Source: an uncultured Dorea sp. (GTDB taxonomy: Bacteria; Bacillota; Clostridia; Lachnospirales; Lachnospiraceae). Taken from it: a DNA stretch of 64,000 bases. The first letter of the stretch is position 1; every line of letters starts with the position of its first letter. Below, piece after piece: positions 62,572 through 64,000 of this stretch. Made by a program: the position numbers and the translations under genes. The stretch covers positions 71,952 through 135,951 of the forward strand of contig CAJTRE010000003.1 of the NCBI GenBank assembly GCA_910578495.1, written 5' to 3'. The notes below the pieces were generated by a model, which saw only the letters and a list, made by a program, of their open reading frames with translations, was not told the DNA's origin and ran no database searches.

Positions 62572-64000
62572 TTACATAAGCGGCGCAATCATTCGAAGTA
62601 ACTTACCTGAAAGCTTCGTAAACATAGAACGACTCTTCACCTCAATTAGCGTCACTTTGTGGCATTTCGCAAGCGTCTGCTGGAAATCCCGCTCAATTTT
62701 ATCAATCTCTGAATTATTATAAATAAAAGTACCACATTCAAAATGCAGGTACAGACTTCGATAATCCAAATTAATGGTACCTACTGTCGCAGTGTCATCG
62801 TCTGACACAAACACCTTGGCATGTACAAACCCCGGCACATACTCATAAATCTGCACACCGCCCTCGATCAGTTCTTTATAGTATGTCTTTGCCACTGCAA
62901 ACGCATACCATTTATCCGGGATGTGCGGCATAATGATGATCACTTCAATACCGCATTTCGCCACACGAGTCAGGGTAGTGATCATCTCATTGTCCAAAAT
63001 CAGATACGGAGTCATAATATGCACATATTTTTTTGCATGATTTAAAATATGGAAATATACCTCTTCTCCTACATTTTCATCATCAAAAGGACTGTCTGCA
63101 TAAGGAATGATATAACCAAATTCTCTTCTTAGACCCTCTCGTTTCGGCGTAAGATATTTCCGATAATTAGTGCTTGTCCTCTCTCCTACATTCCACATCT
63201 GCAAAAAAATCATCGTAAGACTCTGCACTGCGTCTCCCCGCAGCATGACCGCAGTATCTTTCCAATGTCCGAAACGTTCCTTACGGTTAATATACTCATC
63301 TCCGATATTGATACCGCCGGTAAATCCCACCTTACCGTCAATAACGCAGATTTTCCGGTGATCCCGGTTATTCTGGATGGTAGATAAGAAAGGCTTCATG
63401 GCATTTGCCATCTTACATTTAATTCCATAACGTCTTAACCGCTCCGGGTAATTGTAAGGAAGCATGGAAATGGCACACATTCCGTCATACATAAAACGCA
63501 CTTCCACCCCTTCTTCCACCTTATCAATCAAGATGTCTAAAATGGTATCCCACATATACCCTTCTTCCACAATAAAATATTCCATAAAGATGAATTTCTT
63601 CGCTTTTCGAAGTTCTACCACCATATTGCGGAATTTATTCTCTCCCATCGGGAAATATTTAACCTCTGTATTCCGGTATGTAGGAAACCCCAGCTTTTGA
63701 GACAAGTAGTAAGACAAATTCGCATTGGCAGACTTGCTGGCCCACAATGCGTCTACCACCTCCGGATCTTGCGCCATATAAGGATCTGTCTCGATCTTAA
63801 GCGTTGCCAGCCTGTGCTTTATCATCTGTGTACCCGGCTGGACTTTTGTATACACATAGAAAATCGTTCCAATAACCGGAAAGGCGATAACAAATAAAAT
63901 CCATGTCATCTTAAACGCCGGATTCCCTTTTTCATTAATAATATAAATCAATACGACCACACTTATAATCCGCAAAATTCCGTAAATATATTTAGAATAT
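62572..64000 (-). CDS. cls: Cardiolipin synthase, 5' end outside window
   Basis: Two HKD motifs (HRKICVIDG, HAKVFVSD); N-terminal TM. Confidence 0.93.
   Translation of the reverse strand, partial: YSKYIYGILRIISVVVLIYIINEKGNPAFKMTWILFVIAFPVIGTIFYVYTKVQPGTQMIKHRLATLKIETDPYMAQDPEVVDALWASKSANANLSYYLSQKLGFPTYRNTEVKYFPMGENKFRNMVVELRKAKKFIFMEYFIVEEGYMWDTILDILIDKVEEGVEVRFMYDGMCAISMLPYNYPERLRRYGIKCKMANAMKPFLSTIQNNRDHRKICVIDGKVGFTGGINIGDEYINRKERFGHWKDTAVMLRGDAVQSLTMIFLQMWNVGERTSTNYRKYLTPKREGLRREFGYIIPYADSPFDDENVGEEVYFHILNHAKKYVHIMTPYLILDNEMITTLTRVAKCGIEVIIIMPHIPDKWYAFAVAKTYYKELIEGGVQIYEYVPGFVHAKVFVSDDDTATVGTINLDYRSLYLHFECGTFIYNNSEIDKIERDFQQTLAKCHKVTLIEVKSRSMFTKLSGKLLRMIAPLM

Overview
Chromosomal window from a spore-forming Firmicute, probably Lachnospiraceae (inferred from gene content and order). 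Most genes are on the minus strand and most are housekeeping or sporulation genes: rny-recX-recA, scpAB, dacB/dacF, csoR-copA, trpS, luxS, infC-rpmI-rplT, a stand-alone gap, dut, metA, thrS, purA and cls. There are two T-box riboswitches (Trp and Thr specifiers), an L20 leader, a LexA box and sigE/sigF-G-like promoters. Three accessory segments look AT-rich by eye: (i) a LacI regulator with a divergent ABC solute-binding protein at the left edge; (ii) a restriction-modification cassette at ~27.0-31.8 kb with an AlwI-family endonuclease, a fused two-domain adenine methyltransferase, a broken Cro/C1 regulator and an extra methyltransferase; (iii) a heavily deleted peptide-export/two-component locus at ~48.2-54.1 kb. 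Main unannotated signals: a family of small intergenic elements with GTAAC..TTCAGCC terminal inverted repeats and 8-9 bp flanking direct repeats (7 copies, no transposase in the window); a perfect internal Shine-Dalgarno plus ATG inside copA that could yield a separate CopZ-like chaperone; a thioesterase placed under the Thr T-box; and a GAPDH lacking the NAD-specifying Asp. No rRNA, tRNA, CRISPR array, integrase or transposase was seen. All family assignments come from recognising motifs by eye, not from database searches.
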